64,000 nt of DNA from Octopus sinensis (taxonomy: Eukaryota). The position numbers and the translations under genes were made by a program. Position 1 is the first letter of the stretch. Each line of letters begins with the position of its first letter. The stretch covers positions 116,994,001-117,058,000 of the forward strand of contig NC_043000.1 of NCBI RefSeq assembly GCF_006345805.1, given 5' to 3'. Shown here piece by piece: positions 39,269 to 52,506 of this stretch. The notes under the pieces are model-generated. The model was not told where the DNA came from. It saw only the letters and a program-made list of their open reading frames with translations, and did no database searches.

Positions 39269-39584
39269 TTTATTTATTATGCGCCCTTTTCAAGCCTAGC
39301 CAGGCTCATGGGCCAGATTTCCCGGTTTCTGTGGCGTATGTGTTCCCCCCCCCCAGCTGGACGGGACATCAGTCCATCGTAGCGTTACCCAAGAAACAGG
39401 AAGTAAAAGTCAGAGAAAGTTGGGACGAAATCGTACAACAGGGGTCACCACCACCCACTGCCGGAGACTCGTGGAACTTTAGGTGTTTTCGCCTAACGAA
39501 CAAACACAACGCCTGGTCTGGGAATCGAAACCGTGATCCTTCGCCCACGAGTTAGCTTCCCTAACCACTGGGCCATTGCGCATC
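39269..39584 (-). mobile_element. SINE: D head + V-like tail, with TSD
   Basis: cacatcacatatat at 39255-39268 and 39585-39598; tail contains gctacgatggactgatgtcccgtccagctggg. Confidence 0.93.
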
Positions 39585-41504
39585 CACATCACATATATAT
39601 ATAAGCATATAAATATGTATTTCTATGCATATACATATATATCCACACACACACACACACATACACACACATATATATATATATAATTGCATTTGTATAC
39701 ACCCACACATATATACACACATATTCCTTGGTCTTAAATAGTATCTTGACTAATTTTGTAGAAACTGCATTTGAAATACATCACTGTTATTATAACTCTT
39801 CACCCTGCTTATGCAGTATATTTAGCGAAGATGTGTTTCTGTGATATCATGCAGTTATACAGTATGTTCACTGAAAAACACGAGTTGACACGCCACTTTA
39901 CTCTTTAAAATAAAACAGTCTGGCACTTTTGTGCTGTTAGCCCTAAATTTGTCAGTCAATCGTAAGCAATTTTTACTGAATTTTTCTTGATTTTCTTAGG
40001 CGTCTGTGATATTCTTGTTCTACTAGTAAGTGGGGAAGAACTATCCAAAATATAACTGTAAGTGAAATTGATCCACAAGAATTTGCAACTATTCAAGAAA
40101 GCACATTATCTTAATGAAACTTGAATTATTTTTCTAAAACTGAGCTTTAAAAATTATAAAAAAGAAAACGACCACGGACTTTCTCTGGGGAATAATTCTG
40201 TAGAAAATTGCAAACAGCTTCCTTGTGGAAGTGTTGTAAATCAAAAACACATCATACTGGATAACTGTAGGTTTAAGAGACCATCAGAAGAGAAACCGCT
40301 CCGTGTCGGGGCCTTCATCTCGTCATTTTACAGTGCATCGGACCCTCTCACTGATGTAAGGGCTCTGCTTACTGAACAGACGTTTCGAATTGTTCTGTTC
40401 TACAAGTAGATAAAGAAAAAAATCCGCTCGGTTACGATATAATTTTAGATTCTTTGTAAGTTTCAAAACAGCTCTTAATCTCCACAAAACGTATGTTTTC
40501 AGATAACCGAGCTTTACAGAAACAAGAAAATTCAAATATGAGCTTTCTTTGAGGAAAATTATGAATATTGGATTGTCAGATAATTTCGCTCGTTTTATTA
40601 TTTTTTTTCTACATGGTATTCATTCGATCGTCATTGACCTGACAAGAGGTAAAATCTATTTTCATTTCATAATCAATAAACAAAGGTAAAGCAAGGATAG
40701 AGCTACAGCAAACCATAAACTGTTACAGTAAAAATACTTTCCGTGTTAATTTAAATAGCATTAGAAAGGATCAAAATAAATGAAAAGCAAAAACAAAAAC
40801 AGACAAATGAATTTATTTGACAACCAAATACAATTAAATAAATTGTGGACACATTTCTAATTCAATATAATTAACTCTTTACAAACGATATTGACAAGCA
40901 GTTTTCAAAACTAAATGAATTTGACAAAAGTGTATACATGAATATTTTTCAAAACTACAAGAAAGTAGTGTATAGATTTTTTGTTCTTAGGCGCTTAGAT
41001 CGGTCGCTTGTTTGGTAGTGGTGAGTAATTGACCATTCAAAGATGAAATTTAGCGTTGCGAGAATTTGATTTCTATAACGAAACTTGTCACTTATCATTA
41101 CTAACACCAGCACAAAACCTTGCTGCTTTTGCATGTATGTATGAAAGTTATACTCGGTTCTTAATCAATACAGTTCTTCCTCTGAGGAAGGAGTTGGTCT
41201 TTAACAAAGACACAAAGCTCCATCCTTGTAACGTCGGTAACAAAAACAATGACACATTTTAAACTTGAGAAAAACCTTGCATATTTTTACTGTTCCGCCT
41301 ACAGATTGTATTTGCTATGTGCGAGTTAACTAATATATTTTCCTGAAAGCTCTATTTATCCAGATTGTCACTTAGGCATTTAATCATAAAACTAAGTGCA
41401 CCAAATATTGTTACAAACGTTAATTTATAATTTAGATATAGGAATTGGAGGTTTCGAAGAAATTGTTCATCCTTCGCCTCTTTCTCTTTCATTTTTAAAA
41501 ACAT

Positions 41505-41902
41505 ACTAGCAGTATCGCCCGGCGTTGCTCGGGTTTGTTTCGACCCTTCAGAATTGAAAGTTTTGAAAAGTAAAAACTTTTCCAATATGTAGCTTGTTAT
41601 TCTCTTTAAGTGAACATTTTTCTGGTTGAAACACACCGAAAAATGGCAACACAGCAGTAAAAAAATCGTAAAAAATAGGGATTTTCATAGAAAAAAAAGT
41701 ACCTTTTTGATGTAAATAATTTTTGGTGTTAACATGGTCCGATTTGAATTTTTTCTTCTACGGAAGGAAGAGCAAGCCTTTTTCTATCGTACTTTCAATT
41801 TTGGTCAACGTGCGCTGCAGGGTCTCGGAGGAGATAGTGTTAGTTGAAGGCTACCAAACCTGCCATACACAGACAACTACAGCTTTATATATAGAGAGAG
41901 AT
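41505..41902 (+). mobile_element. Non-autonomous Helitron/Helentron (HINE-like) element
   Basis: 5' actagcagtatcgcccggcgttgctcgggtttg; 3' acagctttatatatagagagagat; inserted between T and T. Confidence 0.8.
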
Positions 41903-42247
41903 TAACGTCAGCATAACCACTGACATCTATGACAGTAAATAATTTTCGTTGTCAGTCCGAAACAACGATCTCCAGTCTGTCATGTTTACATTTGATAGAT
42001 GCTTGATGGCAATGTTCCACCAGTATTCTTTGTGCTGATGTTTGTGTGTCTATTCAATACCAAGACATTTTTCCGAATGACATTTAAAATTTTTTTTTTG
42101 GCGGAAATATCATATTGCTTAGAGAGGTATTAACTTGATGACATTTTGGGGCAGCTGCTAATCACATATGTGATGTCTTCTACAGAAATATGACAGTCTA
42201 CTTTTTCGGTTACATCTTGGAGCTCCAAGAGCTTCACTTTATTGATT

Positions 42248-42641
42248 ACTAGCAGTATCGCCCGGCGTTGTTCGGGTTTGTTTCGACCCTTTAGAATTGA
42301 AATTCTTGAAAAGTAAAACTTTTGCATTATGCAGCTTGTTATTCTCTTTAAGTGAACATTTTTCTGGTTGAAATACACCGAAAAATGGCGATACAACAGT
42401 CAAAAAATCGCAAAAAATATGGATTTTCATAGAAAAAAAGCACCTTTTTGATGTAAATAATTTTTGATGTTAACATGGTTTGATTTGAATATTTTCTTCT
42501 ACGGAAGGAAGAGCAAGCCTTCATCTATCATACTCTCAACTTTGGTCAACTTGCGCCGCAGGGTCTCGGAGGAGATAGTGTTAGTTGAAGGCTACTAAAC
42601 CTGCCATACACAGACAACTTCAGCTTTATATAGAGAGAGAT
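42248..42641 (+). mobile_element. Second HINE-like copy, same family
   Basis: Colinear with 41505-41902; T|T insertion site. Confidence 0.8.
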
Positions 42642-44683
42642 TAGGCATTTCGTGGCAATCTACTTTTCTTGGATTGCAAATGCATAGACTTCGTCGTGTG
42701 ATTTAGCAGCCACAGATCTAAGAGAGCCTTCACCATGTCAATGTTACTATGTTCTTCAAGTCTCCGAGTATTTGACATCCAGGTCTTCTTTTAGTCCGGT
42801 TGTTTGGGGGTTGTATGGGGGATTTCTAAGAAGAGAGTTCTTCTTGAGCTCGCTGCTGAGAAGTAGGACATTGTTCTCTTCACTTTAATTACGAAGTATT
42901 AATTCTCGCTGCTGTTGTCTAGCAGGTACTGTCCGAGAGTGATTATATGACATTCACCACTTCTTAGGCAGAGCCTGTCGATATCACTATTTCTGTGGAG
43001 GTTTCCAGTTGATATCCTTTTCTTGCAGGTTTTAATGTCTAAGGAGTGGATTTCCTCTATAGATCCCCAAGTGTTCCAAATATTGGAATCAGCATTTGTA
43101 CTGCAAATGCGGGATATTGTCTTGTTGTAAGGGGAGAATTACAACTGCCATGTTTTTTATGCCTGACATAATATTCGAATGATATGTTTTCAATGATACC
43201 CAGGTACTTCTAACATATTTTGTGTAGGATAAGAGAGAAAATGAGACCGATGATGTGTAAGTGTGGGGTCTGTGGACTGATTTTTTATGTTCAACAATCA
43301 AATACGAACATTTCTTTTCACCAAATTCCATTCTTATATCAGTTGAAAATGTTATTAATTCCAGCTGGTTTTTTGTTTTGACATTATTAACATTTGAAGT
43401 CATTAACAAAATAGTATGGATTACATTAATATTTCTATCAGTTGCAGACCTTAGCATGTAGCCATTTGATTTCTGAAGCAAGAATGATAATAGATTTAAT
43501 GCCAAAACGAATAGAATTACAGAAAGACTGCCCTTGAAACATTATAACATCGGAGGTGCTCATTCCGCTCTCAGCTCTAAGTATCAGAATTGCTGCCCGG
43601 CTCTTTGTTAACCTTTCAATAGCAGCAATTAAGGTAGCAGGTACTTTTGCTAGAGATAGACATTTCAGCATCCATCAATGGGTAATAGAGTCAAATGCCT
43701 TTCTACAATCAAGCCATACTGTTGAAAGGCTCACTCGGTGTTTTATTCACTCGTGACAGTACGGCTTTGTTTATTAAAAGCTGTTCAGCACATCTCACTC
43801 CTTTCCTCCTACCTGCCTGTTGAACAGACACTATGTCGTTGGACTCAGAATGATCATGAAGGGATTGGTTGAGGCAGTGTGTAGATAATGTTTAGGCAAG
43901 CAATGGGCCGATAGTTTTCTGCCAACTCGATGGTTTCGTTCTTGACTTACGAGATTTATCCATGCTATAGCAAGCCAGTTTTGTATGTCAGTCTGACCTT
44001 CAGTTGTGCTTTTGAATTTACATATTAGTAGTTTCCTGTAAAATATCGATCTATTGTACCAGTATCTAACTAGTTGGTCTCTTCCAGCTACCCCCCCATT
44101 ATACAGTTTATCTACAGTTATGATGACAGTTTCTGGTAAATTGCATGTTTTACCGTTGATGTTGGAACATTAAGTTTGAAATTCCTCTATTCGTTCTAGA
44201 TTTTCAACCATAATAAATCAAGGACCTCTTGAGAGGGGGCTTTCTAATTCCCCTTCATCAGCTCGCTGTATAATGTTTGTAAGTTAGAAGCAAACTTGTG
44301 ATTAATACAGGCTCGTTCAAAATTTTGCCTGCGGTAGCGACGACTTTTGCTCAGCGACCTGAGTTCGAACTTGTATGTATGAGAGTATGTATCTGCAGAT
44401 TTGTATGTTTTATGTATGTATTCTCATGCATATAGTTGCATATCTAGACATGCTCATATACATATTTAAATGATAAACTTCTGGAAAGTTTTACAGATTT
44501 TCACAGTTCCAGCGAAGGATTAGATCTGCAGACACCGAATTAGCTTTCTCCTTCATGGTTTTGAAGAGCTCAGTTTCTCAAGATTGGTATTTAGGCAGTG
44601 TGTTACATATCCTGGGCCCCAGTATGTATGTATGTATGTATGTATGTATGTATGTATGTGTATGTGTATGTATGTATGTATGT

Positions 44684-44954
44684 CGGCTGCGGGGTCATTC
44701 CGAAAAGCTCTATCTGCGACGATTTCATCTCAATCGAAGGAGAGGGGCTTTCTCCGTCCGGGTTGCGGATCCGTGGAATAAGCTGCCGGACGAGATGGTG
44801 AAGATGCCGACGACCGCTCGGTTCCAAGTCTCCCTTGACCACAAATGGCCTGAACTCTTTACATGAACACCACCCTGTACATAACTCCATGTCCCCCTAC
44901 ATGGCCTTGCTTTTTGCTTTTTGAGCCAAAAAATTAACTAACTAACTAACTAAC
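44684..44954 (+). mobile_element. 5'-truncated CR1 LINE 3' end with (TAAC)n tail
   Basis: RLRGHSEKLYLRRFHLNRRRGAFSVRVADPWNKLPDEMVKMPTTARFQVSLD matches the CR1 ORF2 C-terminus pattern RGH..KL...FS.RV...WN.LP. Confidence 0.88.
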
Positions 44955-45076
44955 ATGTATGTATGTATATATGTATGTATGTATGTATGTATGAATATGC
45001 ATGTATGCATTCTTTTCGTTTATACTTTTACTTGTTTCAGTCATTTGACTGTTGCCATGCTGGAGCACCGACTTGA

Positions 45077-45126
<50 letters not shown>

Positions 45127-45606
45127 CTGTGTGGGTGCTAATTTGCTAATTTTCTAATGACTGCTTTCCTCATTTAACTCGGTAGCATGTGATGGGTATT
45201 CGGCGGCTCTTACTTGCAAATCGAGCAATAGCACTGAGGCCTATACTCATTAGTTCGAATTAAAACTATTGTTGTTGTTGCTGTTTAGCCTCTTTAGCAT
45301 CCATGAACAAAGCTATGACGAGAAGCGTTCCAGTCGTGCCCACGCCCTCGTCTTTGTATTAGGGAATACATTGTCCACATGTCTGTTATTTAGGCCTTTG
45401 ATATTCAGATTATTTTGTTAAATATAATGCTTATGTATTCGCGTTACTTTCAATTGATCGGAAGTGATGAGCTGGCAAGAATCGTTAGCACGCCGGGTAC
45501 GACGTTTAGCGGCATTTTGTCTGTCTTTACGTTCTACGTTCAAATTTCCCCAGTTCGAGTTTACCTTTCATCATTTCATGCGTGTATAAAATGAAGACTA
45601 GTCAAA

Positions 45607-45775
45607 AGGAGTGGCTGTGTGGTAAGAAGCTTGCTTACCAACCACAAGGTTCCGGGTTCAGTTCCATTGCATGGCAACTTGGGCAAGTGTCTTCTACTCT
45701 TGCCTTGGGCCGACCAAAGCCTTGTGAGTGCATTTGGCAGACGGAAACCGAAGGAAGCCCCTCGTATATATATAT

Positions 45776-45826
<51 letters not shown>

Positions 45827-46016
45827 GCTTGTGTGTCTGTGTTGTCCCCCCAACATCGCTTGACGACCGATGGTGGTGTGTTTACGTCCCCGTAACTTAG
45901 CGGTTTGTCAAAATAATACCAATAGAATAAGTACTAGGCTTACAAAGAATAAGTCGTGGGGTTGATTTGCATGGCCGCAGTCAAATGACTGAAAAATGTA
46001 AAAGAATAAAAGAATA
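45607..46016 (+). mobile_element. Family B SINE
   Basis: Head to tail, with a small deletion in the 3' body. Confidence 0.92.
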
Positions 46017-47167
46017 CTAGGGTTGTTGTAATCGAACTCCCCCTCCCCCTAAATTGCTGGCTTCGTGCCAAAATTTGAAACCATTATTTTCAGTCAATCG
46101 TGGCTTATCTGGTGGCTTCGAAATTTCGATGTTGTGGATGACATTGTAAGCTACGCCTGAAAGCTCGGATCTGGCCAGTTTAAGGGCTAAGCAATAGAAT
46201 ATTTTTTTATAGGAGTGGGACTGTCATCTGGCTGTTAATTTCAGGCGATCATGGGACCATGTGAATACTTTCTTGTTCAACATAGTCAAAAAATTGGCAA
46301 TTCTTCTACTTGCTAAGCGGGAATACAACAGAAAACCTGTCTCTCTCTCACACACACTTACCCCCCACTCTCTCTCTCTCCCTCTCTCTTTCTCTCTCAA
46401 CCCGCTTTCTGTCTCCTTTTTATACTTTGTAGTGCTTTTCTTCAAAGAGATGACTGGTCTAAAACAGCGTGAGCTGCGAATTACTTGAGGCAATTGGGAT
46501 GGGTAGTGAGAAGAAAAATCTAGGTTGCATATGTAGATATATTTACATTAGCATCAGCATAACAAAGATGTCACTTACAATACATGATTTAGTGCAAAAC
46601 ACCCTGTAGCAGAGCTTACTAGATAAGTGTACAGAGACTCGAAAGAATTTTAAGTAACTTATATGCGTCGATAATTTATCAAAATGAACAATAGTTTCGA
46701 GATACTTTTTACGTGCCCTCCCCTAACTAGTTTAAAGGATTACTAGTAGAAAACTTGTACATATTTGCACATATTCAGGAAACTCGATAAAATGCTTCTT
46801 GTCATTTATAGTTCAAAGTACTACGAAAAATAATAATATAAAAACATCTTTCATCCGGGGAAAAAGTCTTATTAAACATAGGATGATAGAATAATCAAAT
46901 CTGCACAAAATATTCTCTGTGAAACGGCCTTTAGGTCATTTTGACAGGCATTTAACAGCGTCACACTACTGTCTTTCTTCGTTTAACTGTTGAATGGGAT
47001 CATGTTTTTCATTCTTCACTGCAAAAATCCAGCTAGTAGAGAAAGTTGTCATTGCAAGATTCTCTTGGTAGAGAAACAATCAGTTCTCTAAAGATACGTG
47101 GAAATCGCGATAAAATTATTGTCATAATTAAAAAAATATAATTTCTTAACTTCCTTACAAATATTTT

Positions 47168-47380
47168 TTTTTGTTCTACTTTAGGCACAAGGCCTGAAAG
47201 TTTGGGGAGAGAGATAGTCAATTACATCAACCCCCGTACTCAACTAGTGCTTATTTCATCGACCCCGAAAGGATGAAAGGCAAAGTCGACCTCGGCGGAA
47301 TTTGAACTCAGAACGTATAGACGGACGAAATACCGCTTAGCATTTCAACCGGTTTGCTCACGATTCTGCTAGCTCACCTC
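47168..47380 (-). mobile_element. Family A SINE monomer with tail2
   Basis: Head + body + tttcaggccttgtgcctaaagtagaac tail. Confidence 0.88.
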
Positions 47381-47399
47381 ATTTACTTCCTTACACATA

Positions 47400-47810
47400 T
47401 ACTTTTATTCTTTTACTTGTTTCAGCCATTTAACTGCGGCCATGCTGGAGCACCGCCCTTTAGTACATCAAATCGACTCCAGGACATATTCTTTCTAAGC
47501 CTAGTACTTATTCAATCGGTTTCTTTTGCCGAACTGCTAAGTTACGGTGCCGTAAACGCACCAGCATCAGTTGTCAAGCGATGTTGGGGGGACAAGCACA
47601 GACACACAAACATATACACACATATACATACCTATATAAACATATATATGTATATATACGACGGGCTTCTTTCAGTTTCCATCTACCAAATTCACTCGCA
47701 AGGCTTTGGTCGGTCCGAAGCTATAGTAGAAAACACTTGCTCAAGGTGCCACGCAGCGGAACTGACCCGGAACCATGTGGTTGGTAAGCAAGGTACTTAC
47801 CACACAGCCA
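47400..47810 (-). mobile_element. Family B SINE
   Basis: Full-length similarity to other B copies. Confidence 0.92.
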
Positions 47811-49295
47811 ATTTAGAATTCTTCCGCATATTGGTCCTTCATTGATGTTGAAGTTTGGGGTGTTACCTAATCAAGTTTACTGGTAACAAGATATTGGTCA
47901 TCTAGCACAAGCAGTAAATCAACAGATGACCATGTTTCTAGCGAAATAAAGAGCTATTTCTTTTTCGGCGGTAATATCCGTCAGTTGGACTGCAAGGGTC
48001 GTAGGACTATTTCTGTTGCTGTATTAATTTACTGTGGGTTGTATGATAATATGGTTTGCAATTTGCTTTCGCTCATTTATTAATATCGTATAGTTGTATA
48101 CACATAGTGGAAAATGTGGTCTGCGTAAACTGATATATATTCTTGCGTTTCATCATATGCTGTGAAGCAAGGGTTTGAGGTCAGCTGAAGGCAAGTAAAA
48201 ACTGAATAACCACTTGTGAGATGAACAATACTTTCTAATTACTTTTTACGTGCCATCCCCTAACTGGTTTAAAGGATTACTAGTAGAACACTTGCACATA
48301 TTTGCACATATTCAGGAAACTCGATAAAATGCTTCTTGTCATTTATAGTTCAAAGTACTACGAAAAATAATAATATTAAAACATCTTTCATCCGGGAAAT
48401 TCTTGCGTTTCATCATACGCTGTAAAGCAAAGTTTAGCAAAGGTCAGCTGAAGGTAAGTAAAAACTGAATAACCGCTTGTGAGACTAACAGAGAAAAGAA
48501 GGTCGGGGAATGTGTGTAGGAAGCAGAATGGTGTAGGAAGCAGAATGCTGAATGGTCCATTTGGAGATGATTTTGTCTAATATAGCTAATACAACTCCAT
48601 AACGAGTAATTGTCTAAGAAAGACTATTTGTTCGAGAAAAGCATTTGGTATGGGAAAATGTACGTATTGTTAACCACTTAAATAATATTCGTTTTCAGAT
48701 ATCATGGCAAAATCGAATGCTTTATTCGCATTCTTGCTATGTTGAATACATCTTTGACAATAGAAGGCCCATTTTAACCATGCAAAAACACAAAAAACAG
48801 TTAAATTCTCTTCTTTACGATTATTTTTTGAAGTATCATAATTTTCGTCATATGACAAAACCCGATACTGTTACAGTCCTAACGCAACTGTTTGAAATTT
48901 AGTTAATGACAGATTCTTATTTACATCAAGGTTTCCCTCTTTTTCTATTTGAACTTACGTATATATGTATCTGCTTCATTTACATTGCTTGACTTTGAAT
49001 CACTGTCATCGATCAGTCATTGTTAGTGACTTCCCAGCTCTTTCATGTTTCCACTTTGCCTATATCATTTATGTATCATAGTTAATGTACACATAGTGTC
49101 GATATGCCATTTACTACGTTTGTATTGAAAGAACATTCCTTATGGACTTGCTGTGTTACAAACAAAATGAATGTCAAAGAAAGAGAAAGAAATTCGTTCC
49201 AGCAGCGTCCAAGGAGAAAAGGCTCCCAAAGGTTCAAATGTAACTAGTTCCCTCTGGCTCTGTTATATACGCTGGATATGGTTGGCCTAGCAAAA

Positions 49296-49527
49296 TAAGG
49301 CGGCGAGCTGGCAGAATCGTTAGCACGCCGGGCGAAATGCGTAGCCGTATTTCGTCTGCCGTTATGTTCTGAGTTCAAATTCTGCCGAGGTCGACTCTGC
49401 CTTTCATCCTTTCAGGGTCGATAAATTAAGTGCCAGTTATGCACTGGGATCGATGTAATCGTCTTAATACCTTTGTCTGTCCTTGTTTGTCCCCTCTATG
49501 TTTAGCCCCTTGTGGGCAATAAAGAAA
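49296..49527 (+). mobile_element. Family A SINE, full length
   Basis: A box tggcagaatcg, B box gttcaaattc; atatacgctggatat duplicated at 49265-49279 and 49531-49545. Confidence 0.94.
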
Positions 49528-49802
49528 CATATATACGCTGGATATATCAGTGCTATCATTTCAATGTTTACGCCTTTTTATTCTTGGAGCTTAGTTTCAA
49601 TGTGGAGAATGCCCTGTTTGCTATACAAACGTATACTCTTTTGTTTTCTGTAAAAAATGTGCGACAAACATGTTCACACTCGGAGAAATAAATAAAACGT
49701 GTGTCCCTTTTAATGGCGAAAGTATTTCTTCCAAGTTGTAACTGCTTGAGTTTCAGCATAAAGTTACTTGATGAACAAAGATAACTTCATAATCTTTCAT
49801 AA

Positions 49803-50031
49803 TACTCTCTTTACTCTTTTACTTGTTTCAGTCATTTGACTGTGGCCATGCTGGAGCACCGCCTTTAGTCAAGCAAATCGACCCCAGGACTTATTCTTTG
49901 TAAGCCTAGTACTTATTATATCGGTCTCTTTTGCCGAACCGCTAAGTTACGTGGACGTAAACACACCAGCATCGGTTGTCAAACGATGTTGGGGGCAAAC
50001 ACAAACATATACACACACACATTATATACAT

Positions 50032-50076
<45 letters not shown>

Positions 50077-50246
50077 CATACATATATACGACGGGCTTCT
50101 TTCAGTTTCCGTCTACCAAATCCACTCACAAGGATTTGGTCGGCCTGAGGCTATAGTAGAAGACACTTGCCCAAGGTGCCACGGAGTGGGACTGAACCCG
50201 GAACCATGTGGTTCGTAAGCAAGCTACTTACCACACAGCCGCTCCT
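49803..50246 (-). mobile_element. Family B SINE, full length
   Basis: Full-length similarity to other B copies. Confidence 0.93.
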
Positions 50247-50747
50247 GTGTGTTTTTTACGTTACACAGAACTAAAAGCACACAATGTTAATCGTACCAAC
50301 AGATCGCTTGATAGGAAGTACGTGTTGCATGCTTCCACCATTATTAGTTATTATTGATGGGAAAGGTAATATTTTGCTGTGAGCAGCGGGGTGGGGGTGG
50401 GGGGCAGGACGATTTAGATTACTTTTGGTTTCTATTTCGTCACTCGTAGTAGGGCATCGTGGGGCGCGTAATGTGTCAACGGGTATGTTGCAATCCTTAA
50501 AATTTCTCCAACTGAATTTGTTATAGTCCCCGACAAATTCTGCATCGCAGGGAGAGAGGCAAAATATTTTCTTCCTTGTCGGTGAAATAGACTCAGCGGT
50601 TTGTTTATTTGGTTGGTACATTCTGCATTTTTATCAGCAGTCATCGAGTCAAAACCTGCTTCCTTTAGATGTTTATCAAATACGAACCGAATTTATCCAA
50701 CGAAATATTGATTTTCTCATATTTGTGTGTATGAGGGTGTGTGGGGG

Positions 50748-51210
50748 GAGTAGGGATGTGGTAAAAAGCTTCCTTCCCAACCACGTGGTTTCAGGTTCAA
50801 TCTCATGCGTGGCACCTTGGGCAAGTGTCGTCTACTATAGTCTCAGGACGATCAAAGCCTTGTCAGTTGACTTGATAGATAGAAACTGAAAGAAGCTTAT
50901 CGTATATGTATATATATATATAAGTGTGTGTGTGTGTGTTTGTGTGTGTGAGAGAGAGAGAGAGAGAGTGTGTGTGTGTGTGTCATTGTGTCTGTGTTTG
51001 TGCCCCTTCCAACCATCGCTTGACAACTGATGTTGGTGTCTTTACATACCCGTTCCCTGTAACTTAGCGGTTCGACAAAACAGTCCAATTGAATAAGTAC
51101 CAGGCTTACAAAGAAGTCCTAGGGATTTCCTCGACTAAAAGGCGGTGCTCCAGCATGACCGCTGTCATGTCAAATGACTGAAACAAGTAAAAGAATAAAA
51201 GAATAAAGAA
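50748..51210 (+). mobile_element. Family B SINE
   Basis: Head, CORE-like segment, (TA)(GT)(GA) microsatellite, tail. Confidence 0.9.
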
Positions 51211-51366
51211 ATATATATGTGAGTGTGTGTGTGTAGAGAGAGAGAGAGAGAGCGAGAGAGAGAATGGGAGGAGGGGAAGAGAAAGAGGGCGAGTGAGAAT
51301 GAGAGAGATATAGATAGACAGAGATAGATAGATAGGTAGATAGGTAGATAGATAGATAAATAGATA

Positions 51367-51422
<56 letters not shown>

Positions 51423-51852
51423 CAAATGAATAACAAACGATGATTTCAAGTAAGAAAACTAACATAAATTTGATGGATGTTCACAGTTAAACTCTGAGTT
51501 TGACGCTCTAAAAACAAAAAAAAAAAAAAAAAAAAATTATAGAGTGAAGAGTATAACGTTTTTGAGTATAGTGCTTCGTCGAATATGCAGAGAAAAGTCC
51601 AGAGAAGAGGAGAAAGAAAGACCCAAAGGAGACAGGAAGAGAGTTAGGCAAAAATACACTTACGTAACTTATAAATTGATCACAAGCATAGCGGAAAATT
51701 GAGAGACAAAAATATGGTTTCCAAGGCGGGACAGTTCTTATTGGTGTGTCTGTAATATATGTGTATGAGTGTGTATGTGTGTGGGTACTTGCGTATATAA
51801 TATTACATATATACATGTGTGGGTATGTGTGTGTGTGTGCATGCATACATGC

Positions 51853-52113
51853 TTGTTTTGTTTGTTCCTTCTCGAGCCATACCTGGCTCATAAGGGCCGG
51901 TTTCCCGGGTTTCCTTGGCGTATAGGTTCCCCACCTGGACGGGACGCCGGTCCTTCGCAGGTAAGCTGCAAGATGCAGGAGGAAAGAGTGAGAGGAAGTT
52001 GTGGCGAAAGAGTCAGCAGAAGTTCGCCATTAACTTCTGCCGGAGCTGCGTGGGGCTTAGGGGTTTCGCTCATAAACACACACATCGCCCGGTCTGAGAT
52101 TCGAACCCATAAT
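51853..52113 (-). mobile_element. SINE: truncated D head + V-like tail (variant 3' end)
   Basis: Colinear with 53222-53529. Confidence 0.85.
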
Positions 52114-52328
52114 CCGTTTGTCTGTCCTTGTTTGTCCCCTTTGTGTTTAGCCCCTTGAGGGTAGTAAAGAAATAGGTATTTCGTCTGTCATCCATCTTTA
52201 TGTTCTGAGTTCAAATTCCGCCGAGGTCCACTTTGCTTTTCATCCTCTCAGAGTTGATAAGTTAAGTAGCAGTTGACTATCCCTCTCCCCTAAGCTTCAG
52301 GTCTTGTGCCTATAATAGAAAGGATTAT
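52111..52328 (+). mobile_element. Dimeric family A SINE, 5' truncated
   Basis: tail1, junction gaaataggtatttc at 52169-52182, body, tail2. Confidence 0.82.
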
Positions 52329-52332
52329 ATTT

Positions 52333-52506
52333 ATTTCTTTATGGCCCACAAAGGGCTAAAGATAGAGGGGACAAACAAGGACAGACAGACGGATTAAGTC
52401 GATTATATCGACTCCAGTGCGTAACTCGTACTTTATTTATCGACCGCGAAAGGATGAAAGGCAAATGTCGACCTCGGCAAAATTTGAACTCAGAACGTAA
52501 CGGCAG
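52333..52506 (-). mobile_element. Family A SINE, head missing
   Basis: Body and tail1. Confidence 0.85.

Larger units (their letters stand above)
41260..44270 (-). mobile_element. Decayed R4/Dong-type (RLE) non-LTR retrotransposon, split by two insertions
   Basis: Minus-strand motifs NYRPIACLNIIY, VWLDCRKAFDSITH, QLELITFSTDIRMEFGEKKC, CHISVEDITYVISSCPKMSS, KCKHDRLEIVV, FLRNLQFLY..GALS, GTVKICKVFLKF. Confidence 0.85.

Noticed and set aside
38299-39984. 44-bp direct repeat at 38299-38342 and 39941-39984 with weak ORF remnants around 40323-40535
   Set aside because: Probably pieces of an old transposon, but I could not recognise any motif or boundary
49296-49390. tRNA-like sequences with A and B boxes here and at many other SINE heads
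   Set aside because: They continue into SINE bodies and do not close a cloverleaf, so they are not tRNA genes
50386-50410. G-rich run ggggtgggggtggggggcagg
   Set aside because: Only three separated G3+ tracts; not a canonical intramolecular G-quadruplex
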